A stretch of DNA of 64,000 nucleotides from NCBI GenBank assembly GCA_016218085.1, contig JACREY010000017.1, positions 86,187 through 150,186 on the forward strand, given 5' to 3'. The DNA comes from Ignavibacteriota bacterium (GTDB lineage Bacteria > Bacteroidota > Ignavibacteria > Tepidaquicellales > Tepidaquicellaceae). The position numbers and the translations under genes are program-made. Under the pieces are notes generated by a model. It worked only from the letters and a program-made list of their open reading frames with translations. It was not told the origin of the DNA and did no database searches. Below are positions 8,811-17,096 of this stretch, in pieces. The first letter of the stretch is position 1; every line of letters begins with the position of its first letter.

Positions 8811-9395
8811 TTATATTAAATTTTTTATTTCTTCGTAATCCTTAACAGTGTTAATATTAAAAAAAAGCTTTTTTGAAAAACCTGTAAACTCATTTTCAAT
8901 ATCAATAATTTTTGTATCAAAAACATCAAAAATTCCGTGAATGCTAAATTTTGAAGCACTTACCAGTTCATCAATTATACAAATGCAAGCTCCGGGAAAT
9001 AACCCGCATAGGGGTTGCAGGCCGTCTTTTGTTTTTGTTACCGTGATTTTATTAAAGTCACTGTTTGTAATTATAAATTCGATTAGATTTTTATTAACAA
9101 AAGGCATGTCACATGAAATGAAAAAGTTTTTTTCGGTTCCTGAATTAACAAGCCCGGAATGTATTCCCCCGATAGGTCCAATGTTTTTATAAATGTCTTC
9201 ATGCATTTCCAAGTCTAGAAAATTATACTGAACAGGATTATTTGTTATTATCATTACTTTTTTAAAAATACCCTGAAGTGTATCTTTTATAATCTCAACA
9301 ATTTTTTTACTCCCGACTTCGAGCATAGCTTTATCAGAGCCGATTCTGCTGCTCGCACCGCCCGATAATATTATTCCCGAAATGTCAGAATGCAA
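8811..9395 (-). CDS. mobA: Molybdenum cofactor guanylyltransferase
   Basis: The N-terminal motif GIILSGGASSRIGSDKAML and the ~194-aa size fit. It ends 7 nt upstream of the molybdoenzyme gene. Confidence 0.85.
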   Translation of the reverse strand: MHSDISGIILSGGASSRIGSDKAMLEVGSKKIVEIIKDTLQGIFKKVMIITNNPVQYNFLDLEMHEDIYKNIGPIGGIHSGLVNSGTEKNFFISCDMPFVNKNLIEFIITNSDFNKITVTKTKDGLQPLCGLFPGACICIIDELVSASKFSIHGIFDVFDTKIIDIENEFTGFSKKLFFNINTVKDYEEIKNLI

Positions 9396-9464
9396 TGATA
9401 TTTCCTCCGGTATTTTTCAGATACAGAATTTGTAAATTTTTATATCAATGGAAAACTAATAAAT

Positions 9465-9884
9465 CTAATTTGAAATAAAAACACTTGAAATTTTATTCAG
9501 CGTGTCCTCAAGTAAATATAATTCCGATTTCTGAAGTTTGCTTAATATATCCTTTTCGCATTCATCAAGCTTATTCCTGATTTTATTCCTTATGTCCGTT
9601 CCCTTATCCGTTAGTTTCACATTCAACACCCTTCTGTCTTCTTTATTTTTAATTTCTTTCAAATACCCGTTTTTAATAAGCTTGTCAAGTATCCTGCTGC
9701 TTCTGGAAACAGACAGATTCATTTTTTTTGATAGCTCATTGCAATTAAATGTATCAACAGGAGCAAGTGCAAGCAAAGCATTATACTCGGCAGGTGAAAG
9801 CATATATTCCTTTTGTATGCTCTCTTCCTTATCGAGGCACCTGTTCTTTAAATTAGTAATTATATTAAAAATTCCATCAGTCAT
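9465..9884 (-). CDS. MarR-family transcriptional regulator
   Basis: A 139-aa winged-helix pattern (..ELSKKMNLSVSRSSRILDKLIKNGYLKE..DRRVLNVKLTDKG..). Confidence 0.8.
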   Translation of the reverse strand: MTDGIFNIITNLKNRCLDKEESIQKEYMLSPAEYNALLALAPVDTFNCNELSKKMNLSVSRSSRILDKLIKNGYLKEIKNKEDRRVLNVKLTDKGTDIRNKIRNKLDECEKDILSKLQKSELYLLEDTLNKISSVFISN

Positions 9885-9894
9885 AAATTAATAA

Positions 9895-9949
9895 AAGGAG
9901 AAGAACTTAAGTTTATTCATCAAATTATAAAAGGTCAGCTCTTCTCCTT
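9895..9949. promoter_or_regulatory. 10-bp perfect inverted repeat (AAGGAGAAGA ... TCTTCTCCTT) between the thioredoxin stop and the marR start. It could be a terminator, an operator, or both.
   Basis: Arms at 9895-9904 and 9940-9949 with a 35-nt spacer. On the minus strand it is followed by T-rich sequence. Confidence 0.35.
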
Positions 9950-9966
9950 AATTATGAGTTACCTTA

Positions 9967-10488
9967 TTAGTTTTTACTTTTTAATAGCACTTCTTCTATT
10001 GCCTGTTTGAATGATTCTTTCGGCAATGCACCCATCGACATCTGCGGCTGTCCGTCTTTCGGGACAAACAATATCGAAGGGATACTCCTTATGCCAAATA
10101 CTGCTGCAAGTTCCTGTTCCGCTTCCGTATCAACTTTATATATATTTATTTTACCCTGATATTCACCCGATAATTCTTCAAGAACCGGAGCTACCATTTT
10201 GCACGGTCCGCACCAGTCGGCATAGAAATCAATAATACAGGGAAGTTCACCTTCGAATTTCCAGTCTTTATTTACTTCGTAATTAAATACTTTTTCCTTG
10301 AATGTTTGTGCTGTTAAGTGTTCCATATTGCCTTTCTTAATGTTTTGATTATTTAATTCCTTTGAATTTTCTGTTTTTACTCCGTCATTTTTTGTATTTT
10401 CCGTCTTGCCTTTTCCGCACCCATCTGCAAGTACCACAAATGCAAAGACCGAAGCGAGTAAACCATATTTCAAAATTGTTTTTTTCAT
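9967..10488 (-). CDS. Thioredoxin-family lipoprotein
   Basis: Lipobox-like VVLADGC, and a canonical WCGPC active site with a thioredoxin C-terminal pattern (IRSIPSILFVP). Confidence 0.85.
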   Translation of the reverse strand: MKKTILKYGLLASVFAFVVLADGCGKGKTENTKNDGVKTENSKELNNQNIKKGNMEHLTAQTFKEKVFNYEVNKDWKFEGELPCIIDFYADWCGPCKMVAPVLEELSGEYQGKINIYKVDTEAEQELAAVFGIRSIPSILFVPKDGQPQMSMGALPKESFKQAIEEVLLKSKN

Positions 10489-10500
10489 ATTTATATTTAT

Positions 10501-10529
10501 TTGCTATTAACAAAAGTTGTTATTAGCAA
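10501..10529. promoter_or_regulatory. 29-bp near-perfect palindrome (TTGCTATTAACAA-aag-TTGTTATTAGCAA) just upstream of the thioredoxin lipoprotein gene
   Basis: 13-nt arms with a single mismatch, 13 nt upstream of the ATG at 10488. No T-run follows on the minus strand, so it looks more like an operator than a terminator. Confidence 0.35.
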
Positions 10530-10572
10530 CTTAATAGAAATAAAAATTTTTGTCAAGCTACATTTTCAGGGA

Positions 10573-11211
10573 TTATTTTTTAAAATCTTCTATGCACAGA
10601 CGTGATGAACACAATTCAGTATCTTCTTTTTCATTGGTGGCGAGAATAAGTATACCCCGCTTTTTCTGCTCCTCTGCGAGTTCATAAACCACAGAAATTC
10701 CTTGTTCATCGAGGTTAGTGCGGGGTTCGTCCATAAGCAGCAAAGCAGGAGAATTCATCACTGAATATGCGAGTTTCAGTCTTTGCCTCATCCCGGAGGA
10801 ATAGTTCCTTACAAGGTCATCTTTTCTGTTATAAAGTCCTACTTTTTCCAGCAGGGATTTTATTTTATCTTTCTTTTCGGATTTGGTTTCAACCTTCAGG
10901 TCATAAAAGAAATCAAGGTTTTCGCTGGCAGTCAGTTCATCGTATAAATTCAGGTATGGCGCAAAAAGTCCTATGTGAGAATAAAATTTCTCGACAGCTA
11001 TTACACAGCTGTTTATTTCAAGCCTTATTTTTCCTTTATCGGGACGAATAAGGTGTGATATGACTTTAAGCAGAGTAGATTTACCGCTACCGTTTTTTCC
11101 CGTAATGACAAGGGAAGAATTTCCGTACAGGTCGATACTTACATTATTAAAAATAACTTTACCGCTATACCTTTTCGAAATATCCGTGCATTGTAATCTG
11201 ATTTTATCCAT
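10573..11211 (-). CDS. ABC transporter ATP-binding protein (no permease gene adjacent)
   Basis: Walker A GKNGSGKST, signature-like YSSGMRQRL, Walker B LLLMDEP. The ATG at 11211 (MDKIRLQ) is preferred because it removes the overlap with the upstream gene. Confidence 0.8.
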   Translation of the reverse strand: MDKIRLQCTDISKRYSGKVIFNNVSIDLYGNSSLVITGKNGSGKSTLLKVISHLIRPDKGKIRLEINSCVIAVEKFYSHIGLFAPYLNLYDELTASENLDFFYDLKVETKSEKKDKIKSLLEKVGLYNRKDDLVRNYSSGMRQRLKLAYSVMNSPALLLMDEPRTNLDEQGISVVYELAEEQKKRGILILATNEKEDTELCSSRLCIEDFKK

Positions 11212-11221
11212 CGCATTAATA

Positions 11222-11695
11222 TTATTCAACAAGTCCCGATTTTTCTTTAAGTCTGTGGTCTCTTCTTTTAAGCGCCTGCTCATATCTTCTTATCTCTTCC
11301 GGGGATTCAGGCTTTATACCGGGCACTTTTATCGGCTTCTTGTTTTCCGAATCCACGTTTACAAAAGTAAGGTAAGCGCTGTTTGAATGCAGAATATTCC
11401 CTGTTTTGATTTTTTCGACTTCAACTCTTACCCCGACTTCCATCGATGTATTGAAAGTTCTGTTAACCGATGCTTTCAGCCGGACTATATCGCCAAGCCG
11501 AATAGGCAGATGGAACTGCAGATTATCGACCTGTGCAGTTACGGCAATATTATTGGAATGTCTTGATGCTGCAAGTGCCGCGGCAATATCAATCCAGTGC
11601 ATCAGCCTGCCGCCGAGCAGATTGCCAAGCATATTGGTATCATTTGGCAAAACAAGCTCTATCATTTCAACCTGCGATTCTTTAACGGTTTTCAT
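11222..11695 (-). CDS. Acyl-CoA thioesterase (hotdog fold)
   Basis: The motif LPNDTNMLGNLLGGRLMHWIDIAAALAASRH is typical of acyl-CoA hydrolases. The ATG at 11695 lies one nt after the bamD stop. Confidence 0.8.
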   Translation of the reverse strand: MKTVKESQVEMIELVLPNDTNMLGNLLGGRLMHWIDIAAALAASRHSNNIAVTAQVDNLQFHLPIRLGDIVRLKASVNRTFNTSMEVGVRVEVEKIKTGNILHSNSAYLTFVNVDSENKKPIKVPGIKPESPEEIRRYEQALKRRDHRLKEKSGLVE

Positions 11696-11696
11696 T

Positions 11697-12452
11697 TCAG
11701 ATATTTTTTTTAATTGATTCCACCTTGCCGATGAGGCTACTTTTGGGGAATTTCTTTTCGAACCTGTCAATTTCCTTTTTTGCATCGTCATTCTTTTTCT
11801 TTTTCAGGAGAGCTTGAATCTTTCCATAGAGCGCATCATCAGCCCAATCGGTTTCGAAGTAATCCTGCAGAATACTTTCATAATAAAATATTGCGGCCTT
11901 ATAATTATCCATTACCATATACAGGTCAGCGCTTTTAAGCTGTTTATATGCCAGCTTGTTCCTTAATTCTTTAATTTTTGATTCGGCCTCGGCAACATTT
12001 TTATCGTTAGGAAAAAGTTCAATAAAATTCTGGAATTCCGTAATGGCAAATTTCGTATAAGTCTGGTCGAGCGAAAAGTCAGGCGACATTCCATAATAGC
12101 ACATTGCAAGTTGAAATCTTCCCTGCACAACATAAATGCTTGACGAAAAATTTTTAAGCAGATTTTCGAATTCCGATGCAGCCAGGATATACTCCTGTCT
12201 GTTGTAATAGCACATTGCAAGATAGTATTGGGCTTTGTCAGCAATACTTGTTCCGGAAAATTTAATTTTGATAAGCGAGAAGTCCTCAATTGCCTGAAGA
12301 TAATCTTTCTTGTCATAATTTTTCATAGCAATGTTAATTGCTTTTTCCGGATCGTCTGTTTTAATGTCGCTTTTATCGGATGACCCGCAGGAAAAAATGA
12401 ATAATGCAGCAAGCATTATTGCCAGGTATTTTGCTGTTTTAATTTTTTTCAT
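11697..12452 (-). CDS. bamD: Outer-membrane protein assembly factor BamD-like TPR lipoprotein
   Basis: Lipobox LFIFSCGS, TPR-like repeats (AQYYLAMCYY.., GRFQLAMCYY..), ~250 aa. Confidence 0.7.
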   Translation of the reverse strand: MKKIKTAKYLAIMLAALFIFSCGSSDKSDIKTDDPEKAINIAMKNYDKKDYLQAIEDFSLIKIKFSGTSIADKAQYYLAMCYYNRQEYILAASEFENLLKNFSSSIYVVQGRFQLAMCYYGMSPDFSLDQTYTKFAITEFQNFIELFPNDKNVAEAESKIKELRNKLAYKQLKSADLYMVMDNYKAAIFYYESILQDYFETDWADDALYGKIQALLKKKKNDDAKKEIDRFEKKFPKSSLIGKVESIKKNI

Positions 12453-12478
12453 TAAAATAATTTCTTTCTTTAAAAATT

Positions 12479-13111
12479 TTATTTGCTTCGAATTGCAAAA
12501 AACAAAATTATAGTTACGGCAGAAGCAAGGATAACTGCTCCGGGTATAACTGCTTTTTCAAAAAAACTCATTTCAGGAAGTCTGCCTTTCAGGAAACTGT
12601 AATCTCCCCTTTCAACCGCGTCCTTGTTATCGAGCAGAAAATTGTCAGTTTTCTTTTCAGATATCATCTCACTGTATAATACGTCCTGTGAATTCCTTTG
12701 TTTTATTTCACAGCTGTATAATACGCTTATTTCTCTCTCTACTTTCCGACTTTTCAATACGGAGCCGAAAATTTTAATGTATCCCGTATTTAAAACGGTT
12801 CTGCTTAAATAAACTATATAATCCGCAGAAGCAGAATCCGGTTCCGATATAATTTTAAAGTTATATAGCTTCTGTCTGAATTTGGTATATAAAAAGTCTT
12901 TATTTTCCTCATTTCCTTCAATAATCAGGCAAAAAACCTTTTCCCTGCCAAGGACAATAATCTTATTTTCAATTTTTTCTATGCTTTTTTCGGTTAATTT
13001 AGAAAATATCTCCAGATTAGTCTTGAAGTCATATTCACCCGTACCCTGGGAAAAAGCCAGACAAGATGTTAAAAAAACAAAAAAATAAATAAAAAGATAT
13101 TTTTGCTTCAT
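12479..13111 (-). CDS. Hypothetical exported protein with a C-terminal TM anchor
   Basis: Signal-like N-terminus (FVFLTSCLAFSQ) and a C-terminal hydrophobic helix. No motif recognised. Confidence 0.5.
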   Translation of the reverse strand: MKQKYLFIYFFVFLTSCLAFSQGTGEYDFKTNLEIFSKLTEKSIEKIENKIIVLGREKVFCLIIEGNEENKDFLYTKFRQKLYNFKIISEPDSASADYIVYLSRTVLNTGYIKIFGSVLKSRKVEREISVLYSCEIKQRNSQDVLYSEMISEKKTDNFLLDNKDAVERGDYSFLKGRLPEMSFFEKAVIPGAVILASAVTIILFFAIRSK

Positions 13112-13581
13112 TATTAATTATAAGCATATTGGAAACTACAATGTAAAAACCAAACTATTAAAATTCTGGATTTTTTACACGAAATAACATTTAAATTAAT
13201 ATTTACCAATTCTTTTATCAAGTTAATATAACCTATATATATTAATATAAAAGTTTTTAAATTATACGGTTTATGCTGATATTTTTTTGGTTCATAATTC
13301 CCGGCTTTTTACTCCTGAAAATTCAGTTTACCCGTATTCCGACAATCTTGCTGATTCAATTCTCCAGCCGGTCGATAACAAATGTATTTTTCGGGAACCT
13401 TCTACATCAGGCAAAGAATACTTTTCAGAAACTATTAAATACAATTAAAACTTAATATGCATAATTTAGAATCCCGGTTCAGAAAATAGAAACCGATATT
13501 CGGGTTATTATCCGTAATCACAAATAATCAATTGAATATGAAAATGAAATAATTTATTTTGATAAAAAACCTGATAAAAAA

Positions 13582-14265
13582 ATGAGAACATTTAAATTTA
13601 TCATTCCGCTGGCATTTCTGCTTTCATTCGTGTTTATATATTCCTGTAAAAAAGGTGAAGACCAGAATGAGCAGATACCACAACAGCAGGAAGTATCGTC
13701 CGACAAGGAAAAAGAGCTGAAAGACAAGGAAGAATTTTTAAGGATTAAGGAACAGCAGTTAAGGGAGTGGGAAGACAACCTGAGCAGAAAAGATTCGACC
13801 GGAAAATTCAAAGACAAGAAAACCGATGTAAAAGATACTGTTAAGACTGCTAAGGATACGTCAAAAGTAAAAACAAAGAAAGATGATAAAGTATCCGAAA
13901 AAGAAAAAGAACTGAACAAGAGACTGGATAATCCCATAACTGCGGTAAACGATTACCTGGAATACATAAAAAGGGGTATAGCAGACAGCAAAACATTCGA
14001 TGCAAACATGAAGAAAGCAAGTGAGAACTGGGAATCGCGCTCGGCTGAGAGTTTTAAAAAAAGCTATAAGAACACAAAGAAATTCGTCATCACGCAGGAA
14101 CCATCGGTAATTTCCCAGAAAGACGGCACAGCAAGTGTAAAAGTAAAGGTTAAGCAGACTCAGACTATCAGCGGCAAGGAAGAGGAAAAGGAAATAACAG
14201 TTACTTATAATCTTGTAGCGGATAAAAACGGAAAGTGGAAAATAAAAAGCAATGTTGTTAAATAA
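13582..14265 (+). CDS. Hypothetical lipoprotein with a Lys/Glu-rich linker
   Basis: Lipobox FIYSCKKG. The opposite-strand ORF 13554..13937 is low-complexity and judged a shadow ORF. Confidence 0.55.
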   Translation: MRTFKFIIPLAFLLSFVFIYSCKKGEDQNEQIPQQQEVSSDKEKELKDKEEFLRIKEQQLREWEDNLSRKDSTGKFKDKKTDVKDTVKTAKDTSKVKTKKDDKVSEKEKELNKRLDNPITAVNDYLEYIKRGIADSKTFDANMKKASENWESRSAESFKKSYKNTKKFVITQEPSVISQKDGTASVKVKVKQTQTISGKEEEKEITVTYNLVADKNGKWKIKSNVVK

Positions 14266-14283
14266 TAAAATAATTCATAGCAG

Positions 14284-15282
14284 ATGAGCATTCTTGTAAA
14301 TAAAAAATCCAGGGTTGTGGTTCAGGGAATTACAGGTTCCGAAGGAACATTTCATACAACCCAAATGATAGAATACGGCACGAACATAGTAGCCGGAGTA
14401 ACGCCGGGAAAAGGCGGAACTGTCTTTCAGGAAAAAATTCCGATTTTCAATTCAGTGAGGGAAGCTGTTGAAAAGACAAAAGCAAACGTATCGGTGATAT
14501 TCGTACCTGCACCCTTTGTTGCAGATGCAATAATAGAGGCAACTGATGCAGGAGTTAACCTGATTGTATGCATTACGGAAGGAGTTCCGACAAAAGACAT
14601 GATAAAAGTTTATGATTACGTTCAGAGCAAAAACAAGAACGGACATACTGTAAGATTCATCGGTCCGAACTGTCCGGGAATAATTTCTCCGGGTGAGTGT
14701 AAAATCGGGATAATGCCGGGATTCATACACAAGAAAGGAAAAGTCGGGGTAATATCAAGAAGCGGAACCCTGACATACGAAGCGGTTGACCAGCTTACAA
14801 AATTAGGAATAGGACAATCTACCTGCATCGGCATCGGCGGAGACCCCGTAATCGGTACAAGATTCCTTGACGCAATAAAATTATTCAATGAAGATAAAAA
14901 CACGGAAGCAATACTGATGATGGGTGAAATCGGCGGCAATGCGGAAGAAGAAGCTGCTTATTTTGTAAAAAAATTCGTGAAGAAACCTGTAATCGGATTT
15001 ATTGCGGGAAAAACGGCTCCTCCTGGAAGAAGGATGGGCCACGCAGGTGCAATTATTTCCGGAGGCAAGGGTACGGCAGCTGAGAAAATCGAAACGCTCA
15101 CAAAATGCGGAATTGCAGTGGCAGACTCTCCAGCTAATATCGGTATAACTGTTAAAACCGCACTTGAAAAATTCAAGAAGAAGCAGGCTGCAAAGAAATC
15201 GCCAAAGAAAAAGGCAATCAAGAAAGTTATAAAGAAACAGGTAAAGAAAACAAAATCCGCGGCAAAGAAAAAAAGAAAATAG
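14284..15282 (+). CDS. sucD: Succinyl-CoA synthetase alpha subunit with a ~36-aa Lys-rich C-terminal extension
   Basis: Motifs [24 protein letters not shown], the phosphohistidine loop MGHAGAII, and the tail [35 protein letters not shown]. Confidence 0.9.
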   Translation: MSILVNKKSRVVVQGITGSEGTFHTTQMIEYGTNIVAGVTPGKGGTVFQEKIPIFNSVREAVEKTKANVSVIFVPAPFVADAIIEATDAGVNLIVCITEGVPTKDMIKVYDYVQSKNKNGHTVRFIGPNCPGIISPGECKIGIMPGFIHKKGKVGVISRSGTLTYEAVDQLTKLGIGQSTCIGIGGDPVIGTRFLDAIKLFNEDKNTEAILMMGEIGGNAEEEAAYFVKKFVKKPVIGFIAGKTAPPGRRMGHAGAIISGGKGTAAEKIETLTKCGIAVADSPANIGITVKTALEKFKKKQAAKKSPKKKAIKKVIKKQVKKTKSAAKKKRK

Positions 15283-15288
15283 AAGAAT

Positions 15289-15651
15289 TTGAAATATACA
15301 ACTATCAGGATTAACAACGCAAAGTTTTATGCGTACCACGGCGACCTCGAACACGAAAAGAAATACGGTAACCAATTCGAGGTTGATATCGAAATGGAAT
15401 GCGATTTAAGAAAGCTTAATCACACAGATAAGCTCAGCAATACAGTGGATTACCTTGCGGTTTATAATCTTGTAAGCGATATTTTCGGCAGCCAGAAATT
15501 CAACCTGATAGAAACGGTAAATTTTAAAATCTGCGAAGAGGTTTTAAAGAAATTCGAGCTTGTGAAAGAGGTGAAAGTGAGGGTACGAAAGCCTAACGCT
15601 CCTCTGGGAATAATAGATTCAATAGAAATTATTAATAAAATGGAAAAATAA
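15289..15651 (+). CDS. folB: Dihydroneopterin aldolase
   Basis: A 120-aa protein with F.AYHG..E.EKKYGN.FEVDIEM, typical of FolB. TTG start 7 nt after the sucD stop. Confidence 0.8.
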   Translation: MKYTTIRINNAKFYAYHGDLEHEKKYGNQFEVDIEMECDLRKLNHTDKLSNTVDYLAVYNLVSDIFGSQKFNLIETVNFKICEEVLKKFELVKEVKVRVRKPNAPLGIIDSIEIINKMEK

Positions 15652-15655
15652 TACT

Positions 15656-16138
15656 TTGGTTTACCTCGGACTTGGTTCAAATATAGGCGACAAGAAAATG
15701 TTCATTGAATCTGCAGTCCTCAGGATATCAGAGATTACCCGGACAAAGGTGATTCGAAGTTCTTTATTATACAGAACAGAACCCTGGGGAATAAAAAATC
15801 AGGATTTTTTTTTGAATTCTGTGGTTGAAATTGAAACCGGGCTGAAGCCAGAAGAACTGCTGAAAGAACTGAAGAAAATCGAAACCTCAGTCGGAAGAGA
15901 GAAACGCGAGAAATGGCACGAAAGGGAAATTGACATTGACATATTGTTTTATGACGGAATAATTTTTGAGAATGACCAGGTAAAAATTCCCCATCCGGAA
16001 TTACATAAGAGGAATTTTGTTTTAGTTCCAATGTGCGAGCTGAATCCGGAATTTGTTCACCCTGTAATTAAAAAGAGCATGCTGGAATTGCTAAATGAAT
16101 CGGAAGACATTTCGGCTGTAATCAGATTAGAAAATTGA
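15656..16138 (+). CDS. folK: 2-amino-4-hydroxy-6-hydroxymethyldihydropteridine diphosphokinase
   Basis: VYLGLGSNIGD, ..YRTEPWG.., REIDIDILFY, HP.LH.R.FVL.P. TTG start. Confidence 0.85.
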   Translation: MVYLGLGSNIGDKKMFIESAVLRISEITRTKVIRSSLLYRTEPWGIKNQDFFLNSVVEIETGLKPEELLKELKKIETSVGREKREKWHEREIDIDILFYDGIIFENDQVKIPHPELHKRNFVLVPMCELNPEFVHPVIKKSMLELLNESEDISAVIRLEN

Positions 16139-16166
16139 AAAACCGAACAGTAAAAAAATAAATTTC

Positions 16167-16829
16167 TTGGAAGACAAAAAAATCAGATACATTGCAATTG
16201 AGGGCGTAATAGGAGCCGGCAAGACTACTCTTGCGAAAAAAATAGCCGCAAAGCTGAATGCAAAGCTGGTACTCGAAAACTTTGAAGATAATCCATTCCT
16301 TGAAAAGTTTTACAGAAATCCCAAGCGCTACGGCTTCCACACCCAGATTTATTTTTTACTTACAAGATACAAGCAACTTCAGGAGCTCAGGCATGAAGAC
16401 CTTTTCCATAACTATGTGATTTCCGATTATATATTCGAGAAAGATAAAATATTCGCATACCTGAATCTTCAGGATGATGAGCTGATGCTTTATGAAAAAA
16501 TAGTTTCTTTTATAGAGCGATCGGTTCCCGTGCCGGATCTGATAATTTACCTTCAGTCAACTGTAGAGAGGCTTATGTTCAACATAAAACACAGGGACAG
16601 AAATGTAGAGAAGACCATTAGTGAAGATTATATCAGGGACCTTACCGAAGGATACAACTATTTCTTTTTCAGGTATAAGGCATCGAAGGTAATGATAGTA
16701 AATTCAACTGACATAGATTTTGTAAACAACCCGGAAGATTTCGACAATCTTGTAAATGAAATCCTGAAGCCCGACCATCCGGCTTTGGAATACTTCAACC
16801 CGTCCGTAAGAAAAATTGCAAACGGTTAA
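16167..16829 (+). CDS. Deoxynucleoside kinase
   Basis: P-loop IAIEGVIGAGKTTLAKK, a dNK-like ERS/DR.FE pattern, 220 aa. Confidence 0.8.
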   Translation: MEDKKIRYIAIEGVIGAGKTTLAKKIAAKLNAKLVLENFEDNPFLEKFYRNPKRYGFHTQIYFLLTRYKQLQELRHEDLFHNYVISDYIFEKDKIFAYLNLQDDELMLYEKIVSFIERSVPVPDLIIYLQSTVERLMFNIKHRDRNVEKTISEDYIRDLTEGYNYFFFRYKASKVMIVNSTDIDFVNNPEDFDNLVNEILKPDHPALEYFNPSVRKIANG

Positions 16830-16837
16830 ACATTACA

Positions 16838-17023
16838 ATGATAAGATTTATTTTTTATATAATACTCACGTATATTATCTTCTTTATACTTAAATTCATA
16901 CTGAAAATTTTCAGGAAAAGCAAAAGCATAAATCCGAATCCTCCTACAAACGTTGCAGGAGAAAATAAAGAACAGCTCGACAAATCAAAGATAGTTGATG
17001 CTGATTTTGAAGAAATCAAATAG
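16838..17023 (+). CDS. Small membrane protein (one N-terminal TM helix, acidic C-terminus DADFEEIK)
   Basis: A 61-aa ORF in an otherwise tight same-strand gene string. Support is weak because of its size. Confidence 0.35.
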   Translation: MIRFIFYIILTYIIFFILKFILKIFRKSKSINPNPPTNVAGENKEQLDKSKIVDADFEEIK

Positions 17024-17096
17024 AACAAAATTGCCTTTCAGCATACTAAAATTATTTTTCAAATCGAAAGAAATATCAGTGGAAGAACTCGATTCC

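Noticed and set aside
9396-9464. Possible molybdenum-cofactor riboswitch upstream of mobA and the molybdoenzyme gene
   Set aside because: The spacer is only 69 nt of AT-rich sequence, with no recognisable conserved helices.
11212-11283. 24-aa N-terminal extension of the ABC ATPase gene, and the 32-aa extension of the thioesterase gene (11696-11791), both overlapping upstream genes
   Set aside because: Internal ATGs at 11211 and 11695 give standard-length proteins and remove 60-95-nt overlaps. The ATG at 11695 sits one nt after the bamD stop.
13273-13455. 60-aa ORF in the 470-bp spacer
   Set aside because: The peptide is hydrophobic and low-complexity, the ORF has no ribosome-binding context and it lies in a promoter-rich AT region. 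It is more likely non-coding.
16995-17096. 34-aa N-terminal extension of the GT9 gene overlapping the small upstream ORF
   Set aside because: GT9 proteins normally begin a few residues before the ...ILV.R....GD motif. The ATG at 17097 gives exactly that and removes the overlap.
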